64,000 nucleotides of DNA from a virus (IMGVR_UViG_3300042922_001018), one strand, 5' to 3'; counted from the stretch's first letter, positions 47,612 to 55,810 are shown. Numbers and translations: made by a program. Notes: generated by a model from the sequence alone, not told the origin.

Positions 47612-48136
47612 TCAGCTTCGGAAATGCGTGATGCCGAGCTGGGCCGCATGCAGGACCACTACGAAGTACATCGCGTCCTGCGAAACGCCAGACTCCTCCG
47701 CTACCCACTTCGAGAACTCCGAGTCGTACAGGCCGTCGAGACGGTTCTTCTCGGTGCTCGCGCCCGAGAGGTCAGCGCCACGGACTTCGGCGGTAACGGC
47801 CGAATCCGGCGCTGCCGCACCGATGTAGCCTAGGTTCCAGATGAAGGGTTCGGGGAGGCTCTCGTTCACCATTCGAGTGTTGATGTCAGCCGAGTTCAGG
47901 ATGCTGTCCCAGTAAGCGGTCTTCTGCGCATCTGTCGCCTCGATGCCGCGCGTGTTGAGCTGTGCTCCAATCGCGCGCTCAGAGATTTCGTACTCCTGGT
48001 CAGTCGTGTCAGTCACGCCGTCTTCCGTCGCGACTGATGGAGTCGGCGGAAGAGGAGGCGTCGAAGGTGCGCACGCGCTGAGCGTCAACGCCAGAGCGGC
48101 TGCGGAGACGAAGAGAACGAGACGATTACGAGGCAT
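47612..48136 (-). CDS. lipoprotein, paralog family C (1 of 4)
   Basis: Lipobox LSAC; WNLGYIGA. Confidence 0.75.
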   Translation of the reverse strand: MPRNRLVLFVSAAALALTLSACAPSTPPLPPTPSVATEDGVTDTTDQEYEISERAIGAQLNTRGIEATDAQKTAYWDSILNSADINTRMVNESLPEPFIWNLGYIGAAAPDSAVTAEVRGADLSGASTEKNRLDGLYDSEFSKWVAEESGVSQDAMYFVVVLHAAQLGITHFRS

Positions 48137-48150
48137 GTACCCATCTTACC

Positions 48151-48741
48151 TTACGGAGTCAGCGATGAGAACTGTGGACCGCAGAGCGTGGCAAGACCCA
48201 TCTTGATGATGGGAGCATACCCGCGTTCAACGACCTCATCCGCGACCGCGTAGTTGAGAGCTTCCGCAGTCTCATTGATGATGCGCTGTGCCATCTGGTC
48301 GATAGGCGTCGCGGTCGTGTCTGCCTGCGCTTCTGCACATCCGACGTACAGAACGTTCAGGAGATAGTCGCCTGTCGGAGCGACGCCTTCGAGCTTCTCG
48401 ATGACCGACGCATACGTCTGCCCCTGGTCGTCGAGGATAGGCTCCCCGCCCAGGCCCGCCTGGCTGAGGAAGAGAGCCTCCGCCGTCGCGTCTCGCTCTA
48501 CGCCCTGCGGGTCCACGCCCTCACGGGGGAAAGTCTCCAGAGGTGACGCGCCCGGTGTAGGCGTCGCGTCCGGCGTCGTGGTGGGCGTAGGTGTCGCGGT
48601 CACGACAGGCGCGTCCGGCATCTTGATAGTGCCCCGAGTCGTAGAGGTCGGCGTGGGAGCAGGCTCAGGCGCAGAGCAACCGGCGAACAGAAGCGTCGCG
48701 GCTACAACGGCCGCTGCGCTAGCAACGGTCTTGAACTTCAT
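48151..48741 (-). CDS. lipoprotein, paralog family C (2 of 4)
   Basis: Lipobox FAGC; PTGDYLLNVLYVGC. Confidence 0.8.
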   Translation of the reverse strand: MKFKTVASAAAVVAATLLFAGCSAPEPAPTPTSTTRGTIKMPDAPVVTATPTPTTTPDATPTPGASPLETFPREGVDPQGVERDATAEALFLSQAGLGGEPILDDQGQTYASVIEKLEGVAPTGDYLLNVLYVGCAEAQADTTATPIDQMAQRIINETAEALNYAVADEVVERGYAPIIKMGLATLCGPQFSSLTP

Positions 48742-49379
48742 CCTCGGAAGACTCCATTTTCCAGGTCACGTCGAGCTTGCTCGTCGAACAGGGGGACACA
48801 GACGTACGAGTAGCTGGTCGTGGCCGCAGCCATGTACGCCGTGGAGAGTTCTGCATCCTCAGAGGAGGAGAAGCCCACCCACATCGGAACTTCGGCCAGC
48901 GCCTTAGTGAAAGCGTCATTCAGACTGAGGTTCTGGCTCTGGTATGCCTGCACAGCATTGCAGAGCTTGTACGTCAGGTTCAGCACGTAGTCGGTCGTGG
49001 GGGCAGTACCGCCCGCCTGGATGATTTTCTGGACCGGAAGCTCCTCAGTGCGGTCCGACGGCACGACGTAGGCCGAGTCGGTCTTCACACCGACGGCGAT
49101 GAGGGCTTCATCTTCGAGAATGGGGTATTGCGGAAGACCGCCCGTCTGGACTCCGCTCGCAGGAAGGATTTCCGTTGACGGTGCAACCAGCTCTTCCGGC
49201 TCTTCCGCAGGTGACTCTGACGGTTCCGAAGATGATGTGGGGTCAGCGCCCGGAGATTGAATGCCGCCAGGGTCCGTGGGCAACGGCCCAGGCGTGTTCG
49301 TGGTTGGCGCACACGCAGTCAGCATCAGGGCGACGCTCACTGCGGCGAGAATGCCGGGGAGAACCTTCAGCTTCTTCAT
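48738..49379 (-). CDS. lipoprotein, paralog family C (3 of 4)
   Basis: Lipobox LTAC; PTTDYVLNLTYKLC. Confidence 0.8.
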   Translation of the reverse strand: MKKLKVLPGILAAVSVALMLTACAPTTNTPGPLPTDPGGIQSPGADPTSSSEPSESPAEEPEELVAPSTEILPASGVQTGGLPQYPILEDEALIAVGVKTDSAYVVPSDRTEELPVQKIIQAGGTAPTTDYVLNLTYKLCNAVQAYQSQNLSLNDAFTKALAEVPMWVGFSSSEDAELSTAYMAAATTSYSYVCVPLFDEQARRDLENGVFRG

Positions 49380-49921
49380 TCCGCACCCTCCTTCGGCGTG
49401 TACCCATCGAACGGAGTCAGCACGGGTTCACAGAGGAGCGACATTCCGCGGAACATCAGTTCACTGTAGACGTTGGCCTGCCGCGACTCAGCCGCGTAGC
49501 CGGTGACTTCGGGGAGCTTCGCGTAGAGGGACTCGACGAGAGCCTGGATGTTCTCAGCTTGACCGGTCTGCTGCTTGGCCTGGTCGCAACCCCAGTAAGT
49601 GAGGTTGAGCGCGTATTCCGCCGTGGGTACCGTGGCACCGCTCTCCTCAGCATAGTCGGGGAAGCTGAGTGCGCCTGGCTCTGGTTCGGCACTGGGAACG
49701 TCGCCGAGACTAGCGAAGCTCAACATCTGGTTCTCAGCTTCGGTGTTGCGCTCGAACCCGATGGAGTCCACCTCTGTCTCCGAGATGACCTCAGTGCTGG
49801 GAGCGACCGCCGGAGCAGGGGTGCTGGTCACGTCGGGCGGAAGGGGAGGCTCGGAAGCGGTGCAGCCCGCAAGCAGGAGCGCAGCGACGAGCGGTACGCC
49901 TACAGCGATAAGTCGCTTCAT
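49376..49921 (-). CDS. lipoprotein, paralog family C (4 of 4)
   Basis: Start MKRLIA; lipobox LAGC; PTAEYALNLTYWGC. Confidence 0.8.
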   Translation of the reverse strand: MKRLIAVGVPLVAALLLAGCTASEPPLPPDVTSTPAPAVAPSTEVISETEVDSIGFERNTEAENQMLSFASLGDVPSAEPEPGALSFPDYAEESGATVPTAEYALNLTYWGCDQAKQQTGQAENIQALVESLYAKLPEVTGYAAESRQANVYSELMFRGMSLLCEPVLTPFDGYTPKEGAE

Positions 49922-49966
49922 CGGTGCGCTCCTGTCTTGACGGCCGCGGATTTCACAACCGTGTTG

Positions 49967-50038
49967 TGGAGAGGGTGGGACTTGAACCCACATCCTTACG
50001 CTGAAGAACGCGTTGCTCTGAACCTGAGCTACCTCCCC
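49967..50038 (-). ncRNA. atypical tRNA-like RNA with an 8-nt anticodon loop
   Basis: Good acceptor, D and T arms; anticodon arm ACGC-GTTCTTCA-GCGT. Confidence 0.7.
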
Positions 50039-50126
50039 GAGGACTGGCGGGCAAGCGCCCGCCAGCTAGAGCAAAGCTCTACGTGAACAGTGTAGCACAC
50101 GCGGAATGCTCCATAGTGGATGAAGT

Positions 50127-50327
50127 TCAGAGGGGTCCGTGCTCAGCTTCCCAAGCCGCCCACTCTTCTGGGGTCTTCGGTCGTTCGCGTTCGAGCCAGT
50201 AGTCGAGCGTACCGTCTTCGTACGCCTTCTTGACTTCCAGGTACGTGTCGTAGCGACCGAGACCCACTCCGACATCAACGCCCGCGTCGAACTGTGGGTC
50301 GCTGTGCGGCTTCTGCATGTCTGCCAT
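50127..50327 (-). CDS. small acidic protein (66 aa) within the RNA array
   Basis: AGAAAGGA RBS; MADMQKPHSD... Confidence 0.55.
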   Translation of the reverse strand: MADMQKPHSDPQFDAGVDVGVGLGRYDTYLEVKKAYEDGTLDYWLERERPKTPEEWAAWEAEHGPL

Positions 50328-50341
50328 ATCGTTCCTTTCTG

Positions 50342-50415
50342 TGCAGCTAAGAGGACTTGAACCTCTGACCTCCACCGTGTCAAGGTGGCGCTCTAACCGC
50401 CTGAGCTATAGCTGC
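50342..50415 (-). tRNA. tRNA-Val(GAC)
   Basis: Cloverleaf; CCACC-TTGACAC-GGTGG. Confidence 0.93.
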
Positions 50416-50419
50416 GTGA

Positions 50420-50765
50420 TGCCCTAGCGAGCGACGCTCGCGTCGGACTTCACATGCGTTCGGTGAACGATGTGATGCCCTTGGAGCCTGCGCCGCGGTC
50501 GGCTCCAGAAGCGGTGAGCAGGGACTTTGCTCCCGGTGGACAGCCCGCACCTCCGCGGAGGTCGTTGCAACAGCAGGCCGTTAGTTCGCCAGAGACAACT
50601 CACACCCACCCCGCGCTCTGACAGACGGATTGTGGGAGAGCTACGACACGACACTCGACTTGTCCTCGTCGTGTTGCAGCCGTCTACAGCCTACCACGCG
50701 TGGTAGACATTGTGCCCTAGCGAGCGAAGCCCGCACCGGACCCGACATGCGGCCGTTGGCCGATG
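50420..50765 (-). ncRNA. structured spacer RNA with two homologous 53-nt covarying units
   Basis: Units at 50420-50472 and 50713-50765. Confidence 0.55.
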
Positions 50766-50768
50766 GTG

Positions 50769-50841
50769 TGCCCTCGACAGGAATCGAACCTGCGACCTCT
50801 GGTACCGGAAACCAGCCTTCTATCCACTGAAGTACGAGGGC
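50769..50841 (-). tRNA. tRNA-Arg(CCG)
   Basis: CTGGT-TTCCGGT-ACCAG. Confidence 0.92.
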
Positions 50842-50896
50842 AAAGGAAAACGCGGCCCGGTATCTAATCGGACCGCGTCTCCACCCCACGCCCCTT

Positions 50897-50971
50897 GATT
50901 GCAAGAGGGGACTTGAACCCCTGGCCCATACGCCTTGTGGCGTCGCTCTTCCAACTGAGCTACAAGCAATC
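50897..50971 (-). ncRNA. tRNA-like RNA with a 4-nt anticodon loop and extended acceptor
   Basis: D arm GCTC/GAGC; ACGCC-ACAA-GGCGT; T arm AGGGG-TTCAAGT-CCCCT; ends GATTGC/GCAATC. Confidence 0.7.
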
Positions 50972-50997
50972 GCAGGATGTGGAGTTATTGCGAGGGT

Positions 50998-51064
50998 GAG
51001 AGACCCTGGGATTCGAACCCGGCGCCCGAAGGCGCTTCACCCGCGTGCTCGCGTTCAGTCTCTC
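50998..51064 (-). ncRNA. mini tRNA-like RNA with a UUCG tetraloop in place of the anticodon
   Basis: GAGAGAC/GTCTCTC acceptor; GCGCC-TTCG-GGCGC; GGG-TTCGAAT-CCC. Confidence 0.6.
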
Positions 51065-51142
51065 GGCCGAATGGTTACAGCCATCCGGTTGTATCGCCCG
51101 CTGTAACGAGCGACATGTACAGCGTACCACACGTCTCAGACA

Positions 51143-51412
51143 TCACTGTCGTTCGTCGGAACGCTCGTTCAGGAAGGCGTGAAGCGCCTCATCGGACACC
51201 TTCGCGCGTACCGTCCGGGCATGCACCCAGCGCTTGATGTGGTTGGCATCATTCCACAGACCGCGGAACGCGGCGGGGAGGAAGTAGAACAGCGGCAGGA
51301 GAATCCAGAAACCGCCTGGCAGCCCGTTGTAGAGGAGGGGCATGGCGAAAATCCCCAGGAGCAGGGTCGCGATGAAAGTGGCTACGGGCCACCGTGACAT
51401 GAGCGCGCGCAT
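51143..51412 (-). CDS. small membrane protein (89 aa, leaderless)
   Basis: TACACT-N6-ATG; two TM helices. Confidence 0.6.
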   Translation of the reverse strand: MRALMSRWPVATFIATLLLGIFAMPLLYNGLPGGFWILLPLFYFLPAAFRGLWNDANHIKRWVHARTVRAKVSDEALHAFLNERSDERQ

Positions 51413-51443
51413 AGGGCGAGTGTACCACGGTTCCGCCGAAAGC

Positions 51444-51759
51444 GAACACACCTGTAAGCCGGGTTCTGTCCAGGACGCGAGTCCCTGGGCTGCCATCTTT
51501 CTGAAGCGCAGAGCGCCCCGCGGCTTAGCCGCTGCCACTTACCCGTCCATCATCGAGGCACGACGCCCTAGGACTGTTTGTGTTGCACCGGTCCTCACCC
51601 TACTTCTTAGGCTGGGCTTAGTGGTATGAAGGTGTCAAGTTCGGCACGTTAGTCACCGAATCAGTAACCAACGTGCCGACTCTGACACTCCCACATGGAT
51701 GTCGTGTTGGTGCCCGGACTTTCCTCAACGCTTATGCGCTGCGACAGCCTGGTGTGTTC
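51444..51759 (-). ncRNA. rnpB: RNase P RNA with a non-canonical specificity domain
   Basis: P1 GAACACACC/GGTGTGTTC; P2; P3; GAGGAAAGTCCGG and ACAGAACCCGGCTTA (P4); P5 GCACC/GGTGC-AA; P6 CACGAC/GTCGTG; GGGTAAG loop 15. Confidence 0.92.
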
Positions 51760-51837
51760 TGGAGGCGCTGACGGGATTTGAACCCGCGATTGTACGGTTT
51801 TGCAGACCGTTCCCTTTGGCCGCTCGGGCACAACGCC
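51760..51837 (-). tRNA. tRNA-Cys(GCA), CCA encoded
   Basis: ACGGT-CTGCAAA-ACCGT; U73. Confidence 0.95.
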
Positions 51838-51842
51838 GTGTA

Positions 51843-52418
51843 TCAGTCGTCTTCTGACGAACCGAAGAGGGAGGACAGCGGCCCCGGCTGTCCAGATTCA
51901 GGAGGGTTCTCGATGCCATGCACTGACAAGGCCGTGAAGAAGGTACAGATGGCGAACGCGAACGCGAAGATACCCACAGCCATCTTCCTGGCGTCCGAGA
52001 TTTCGCCAAGGGTGTCATCAAGACGCTCGCGGGGGAACTTGTCCCAGGCTTCCGGGTTCTCGGCCTTGTACGTTCTGACGAGCGACATGAGCAGCGAATC
52101 GGTCAACGGGGTGAACTTCTTCACCGCCCGGCTGTCGGCCGTCGGAAGCGCGTACATGCTCGACGCTGAAGGCAGGAGGATGCGTTCCAGCCGCGAGTAG
52201 ACATCACCGGGGCGGTAGATGACGACGGTCGCTGTAGATGATGCCCCAATGCTGGAAGCGTTCGTCGTCATCTTCACCCCGGACTTCGGGTCGATGATGA
52301 CGAACTTCCGGTCGATGACTCGGAGGATGTAGCGGTCTCCGAAGACGTGGTCTGCGGACGTTGCGATGTCCTCCCGGTAGTAAACCCGTTCCAGGCCGGT
52401 GATTTCGAGCTTAGCCAC
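51843..52418 (-). CDS. hypothetical protein with a C-terminal TM helix
   Basis: GTG start after a GGAGG RBS (MAKLEITG). Confidence 0.6.
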   Translation of the reverse strand: MAKLEITGLERVYYREDIATSADHVFGDRYILRVIDRKFVIIDPKSGVKMTTNASSIGASSTATVVIYRPGDVYSRLERILLPSASSMYALPTADSRAVKKFTPLTDSLLMSLVRTYKAENPEAWDKFPRERLDDTLGEISDARKMAVGIFAFAFAICTFFTALSVHGIENPPESGQPGPLSSLFGSSEDD

Positions 52419-52641
52419 GGTCAACCTCCAGTCGGCGAATGACGAGCCAGTACATCGCCTGTTGGAATCCGATGAGAACCGTGAGCGACACAATGGCCAT
52501 CGTGGCGTACGCGAAGATGTCGCCGTCGAGGAGGGACACGAAGTCGAAGATGTACGGCACGCCGCGCACGAGGAGCAGGAACACTGCGCCGATGGCGAAG
52601 AAGACGATACCGGCGCCGAGCGCCTGAAGCTGCTGCTTCAT
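52411..52641 (-). CDS. small membrane protein
   Basis: Two TM helices; coupled to neighbours. Confidence 0.6.
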   Translation of the reverse strand: MKQQLQALGAGIVFFAIGAVFLLLVRGVPYIFDFVSLLDGDIFAYATMAIVSLTVLIGFQQAMYWLVIRRLEVDRG

Positions 52642-52994
52642 CAGTTGACCTTCCCGATGGCGAAGATGACTTCGCGGGCGATGACAAAGAGAACCAGCGG
52701 CACGCCACCGGCAAGAAGGACCAGGCCGATGATGTCCCAGAACGGTCCAGGAACTCGCTCGGTGGCATACACGAGGCTCGCGGTGAGTGTACCCAGAAGG
52801 TACGACACGATGGCTGCGGCCGGGACTGCGGCAAGGACACCGAGCGCTTTCAAGCTAGCCCGGCCCATCGTGTCGGGTTCCCGGTCAGCGTCGGCGTACT
52901 TCAGATACGCCGACCGCTTCCAGTAGGCCAGTGCGGACATCACCCCGATGAGCAGGAAGATGAGCACCGCGTGGACGATGGACATTGCGAACAT
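52641..52994 (-). CDS. membrane protein
   Basis: Three TM helices; TAGGCT-N6-ATG. Confidence 0.65.
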   Translation of the reverse strand: MFAMSIVHAVLIFLLIGVMSALAYWKRSAYLKYADADREPDTMGRASLKALGVLAAVPAAAIVSYLLGTLTASLVYATERVPGPFWDIIGLVLLAGGVPLVLFVIAREVIFAIGKVN

Positions 52995-53039
52995 GTTCCG
53001 AGCCTACCACGAGTCTCGGCCGTCCGCCCAGTCGTTACG

Positions 53040-53113
<74 letters not shown>

Positions 53114-53194
53114 TGGAGCCATCGGTTGTTACGGAGTCCCATGACTTACTCCGGGCGCGAGAGGCGAGCGCTACGCCCCTCGTTTACGCCGTTG

Positions 53195-53265
53195 CTCCCC
53201 GTCCAGGACTCGAACCCAGGCGACTGGGTCCAACGCCCAGCGTGCTGCCATTACACCAACGGGGA
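53195..53265 (-). tRNA. tRNA-Gln(TTG), G at position 33
   Basis: CTGGG-CGTTGGA-CCCAG. Confidence 0.85.
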
Positions 53266-53467
53266 ATAGGGTATCCTGACGAGCTACCCTGGAGCGTTCT
53301 CCGTGACCGTGCAGACCCGAAGGCCCGGACAGTGCGGCAAGAACGACATCGGCACGCCCTCGCCAGAGCGCCTTAGACGCCCTGACTCTCTTTTCGGGGG
53401 CTGCGACCCTGCCTGATGTGTTTTCGCGGCGTACGCCCGCTTGTGGCGCCGTTCCGTGCATCGTGCG

Positions 53468-53540
53468 CTCCCCCGCCTGGACTCGAACCAAGAACAACTG
53501 AACCAGAATCAGCCGTGTTACCGAATTACACCACGGGGGA
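53468..53540 (-). tRNA. tRNA-Gln(CTG)
   Basis: GCTGA-TTCTGGT-TCAGT. Confidence 0.93.
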
Positions 53541-53600
53541 ATAGGAGTGTCCGTGGAATCTGACACTCCTGAAGATGTCCGAGTTTACGGACAAGTTGAG

Positions 53601-53763
53601 GACCGGCGCTCTGCCTGGTTGAGCTACCACCCGCGTGTGCGAGGTGAATCCGCCGACGCCGCTAGCAAGCGTCTTGGCGAACCGTTACGGTCTTCCCGAT
53701 TCATCGTGCGCACGAGTCGTCGTTCAGACCGGAACGCCGGGATTTGAACCCGTATCTCCGGCC
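53601..53763 (-). ncRNA. circularly permuted tRNA-like RNA opened at the anticodon (Y-RNA/YrlA-like order)
   Basis: GGCCGG-AGAT-T arm ... ~100 nt ... TA-GCTC-AACCAGGCA-GAGC-G-CCGGTC. Confidence 0.55.
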
Positions 53764-53765
53764 GG

Positions 53766-53840
53766 TGGGCGTGACGGGACTTGAACCCGCGAATCGTTCC
53801 ATTATGAGTGGAGTGCCTTGACCAGCTTGGCTACACGCCC
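53766..53840 (-). tRNA. tRNA(CAT), probably Ile2
   Basis: TCCA-CTCATAA-TGGA; GGGCGTG acceptor; separate fMet and Met genes are present. Confidence 0.85.
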
Positions 53841-53844
53841 ATGC

Positions 53845-53890
53845 CAACTATACACATTCGTTATCATGTAACAACAAATGTGTATAGTTG
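53845..53890. promoter_or_regulatory. AT-rich 14-bp inverted repeat with a TATAGT box in each arm
   Basis: caactatacacatt...aatgtgtatagttg. Confidence 0.55.
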
Positions 53891-53894
53891 ACGA

Positions 53895-53969
53895 TGGAGC
53901 CGACAGCGGGGATTGAACCCGCGACCCCCGTATTACGAGTACGGTGCTCTACCACTGAGCTATGTCGGC
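53895..53969 (-). tRNA. tRNA-Thr(CGT), CCA encoded
   Basis: CCGTA-CTCGTAA-TACGG. Confidence 0.95.
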
Positions 53970-53972
53970 ACT

Positions 53973-54176
53973 GCCAGGGTGCTACGGGATTCTACCTCTC
54001 CAAGTGTGAGGCCAGCCACCGCCGTCGCGATGACCGCTGCTTTCGCAGTCCGTAGTCGTTCTTACACGGACGAGGGCTTGGAGTCCCTGCCGTCAAACGG
54101 GAGATTACGCAACTGACCTTTCGGTGACGAGCTTTACTGAGACAACCGGAGCCTCAATCCCGCCGTACAACCTGGC
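53973..54176 (-). ncRNA. candidate structured ncRNA between Thr tRNAs
   Basis: Closing helices GCCAGG/CCTGGC and CGGGATT/AATCCCG; GAAA tetraloops; no credible ORF. Confidence 0.45.
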
Positions 54177-54187
54177 TTCCCGTTCTG

Positions 54188-54260
54188 TGCCACCAGCGGG
54201 GTTCGAACCCGAGACCTCGCCCTTACCATGGGCGCGCTCTACCAACTGAGCTATGGCGGC
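54188..54260 (-). tRNA. tRNA-Thr(GGT)
   Basis: CGCCC-ATGGTAA-GGGCG. Confidence 0.9.
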
Positions 54261-54289
54261 ATCGCCCGATTGGGACCGGGCCTATCCTG

Positions 54290-54361
54290 AGCCACCAGTG
54301 AGGATTGAACTCACGACCTCTTCCTTACCAAGGAAGCGCTCTACCACTGAGCTATGGCGGC
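54290..54361 (-). tRNA. tRNA-Thr(GGT), second copy
   Basis: CTTCC-TTGGTAA-GGAAG. Confidence 0.93.
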
Positions 54362-54435
54362 ATGACCCAGCCAGCTAGCCGACCGTCCGGAAGGCTGCCG
54401 CTGGGCGCATGTTCGGGCTACTGCCCGGACTTCAT

Positions 54436-54707
54436 GGTATCAGACAGTGTGCGATTAGGCCAAACACTCTGACGGTAGTACATCCGGCTACGCGGTTACC
54501 AACCCGCTTTCGGTTTCGGAGCGCGTTCGCCGCACGCTCCTACTCGATACGACCGGCCTTCCCCTGAGTCCGTGGTTCAGGGCATCCCGTGGGGTCTGTG
54601 TATGCGACTTCAACGAGCGTGTTGCAACACGCACCGTCCGCGACAAGCGCGGCCCCCTCGTGACTCCTTAGATGATGACGTTCTAGGCCAACATTCTGAC
54701 GGATACC
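54436..54707 (-). ncRNA. candidate structured ncRNA with an internal ~20-nt repeat
   Basis: Ends GGTATC/GATACC; CCGTCAGARTGTT(T)GGCCTA occurs twice. Confidence 0.45.
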
Positions 54708-54708
54708 G

Positions 54709-54777
54709 TGCCGGAGTGGGACTCGAACCCACGCCCTCCAGCCCTTTCAAGGCGGCGCTCCCCTGGAGCTGTCCAGC
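54709..54777 (-). ncRNA. atypical tRNA-Phe(GAA)-like RNA
   Basis: Shrunken D arm, bulged anticodon stem, intact T arm. Confidence 0.6.
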
Positions 54778-54793
54778 TAGACCTTTCAGTCCG

Positions 54794-54867
54794 TACCTGC
54801 GGGGAGGCTTGAACTCCCGACCTCGCGATTATGAGTCGCGCGCTCTCACCAACTGAGCTACACAGGC
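54794..54867 (-). tRNA. tRNA-Met(CAT), elongator
   Basis: CGCGA-CTCATAA-TCGCG. Confidence 0.9.
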
Positions 54868-54899
54868 ATAAGGGCGCGAGCGCCCCCGTGGAGAGGCTA

Positions 54900-55778
54900 T
54901 CACGCCTCGCCAGGTTCCGGTGTCCAGAAGTCCGCGATGAGACCCTTGTGGTCGCTCACCGGCAAATCTCCCAGCTCCGGGTCGTAGAACGTCTCCGAAC
55001 CGAACGTCCGGGCCGCGGCAGGCTGCCCCGCGCTACCCCAAGCCCATTCGTAAGCCATGATGTAGTCGATGCGCCGCTTCGGCGTCTGCTCCGGACGGTA
55101 GATGGAGCCAACCGACTCGAAGGTGCGCTTCGACCAATGATTCACGTCACCTGACGTGTGCCCCGATTGTTCCGGGTCACCGCACTCGTTCCACGCATCC
55201 AACCAGAGCGTCGAATCATCTTCTACACCCAGGTCCAGACCGCGAAGATACCGAACCGTCCGAGATTCGGGTACAGCGTTCAGGTCTCCCGCAAGCAGAA
55301 TGATGGGACGGTGCTGCCGGTGGTGTCCACCGGGCTGACGAGTGAAGATGTCGTGAGCGTTCACGCTCACATGCCGCGCTTCCTTCATCCGGGACTTCTC
55401 GAACCCGGCGCCCCACTTGAAGTGCGCGTTGAAGATGTAGACGGCGCGGCCATCGACTTCCGATTTCGACACGAGTACCGGCACGTTCACGTCCGGCGTC
55501 TGCATCTTCACGTTCAGCTCGTGCACGGCGATGGGGTGACGGGACAGGGTGATGTTCCCGTACTCACCTTTCTTCGTTTCGCCGATGACCTTGTAATCCA
55601 TCCCCAGCTTGAAGCTCAGGACATCACCGACGTAGAAGCCCGCCGCCTCAGGGCCGGGCACTTCCTGAAGGCACAAGAAGTCGAGGTCTTCGAACTTCAG
55701 CGTGTCTACGAGAAGGTCAAGCCGCTCTTTGAGCAGCTTCGGCTCTTTGAGCAGGTTCAGGGTCGCAACGCGTATCAC
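54900..55778 (-). CDS. endonuclease/exonuclease/phosphatase (EEP) family protein
   Basis: VATLNL, LCLQEV, FNAHF, AGDLN, RIDYI, SDH. Confidence 0.9.
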   Translation of the reverse strand: MIRVATLNLLKEPKLLKERLDLLVDTLKFEDLDFLCLQEVPGPEAAGFYVGDVLSFKLGMDYKVIGETKKGEYGNITLSRHPIAVHELNVKMQTPDVNVPVLVSKSEVDGRAVYIFNAHFKWGAGFEKSRMKEARHVSVNAHDIFTRQPGGHHRQHRPIILLAGDLNAVPESRTVRYLRGLDLGVEDDSTLWLDAWNECGDPEQSGHTSGDVNHWSKRTFESVGSIYRPEQTPKRRIDYIMAYEWAWGSAGQPAAARTFGSETFYDPELGDLPVSDHKGLIADFWTPEPGEA

Positions 55779-55810
55779 GTCACGACCCTATCACGAAACT
55801 GCGCCCTACG

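Noticed and set aside
49967-50038. Selenocysteine or opal-suppressor tRNA (CTTCA in the loop)
   Set aside because: Placing TCA as the anticodon breaks the stem; no long variable arm; all three stop codons terminate genes normally here
50420-50765. Known self-cleaving ribozyme (HDV-like/theta, hammerhead, twister, pistol)
   Set aside because: I could not fit the required conserved cores by eye; kept as an unknown motif pending a covariance search
53973-54176. Group I intron
   Set aside because: A GACTAC is present, but there is no matching P7 partner strand and no interrupted host gene
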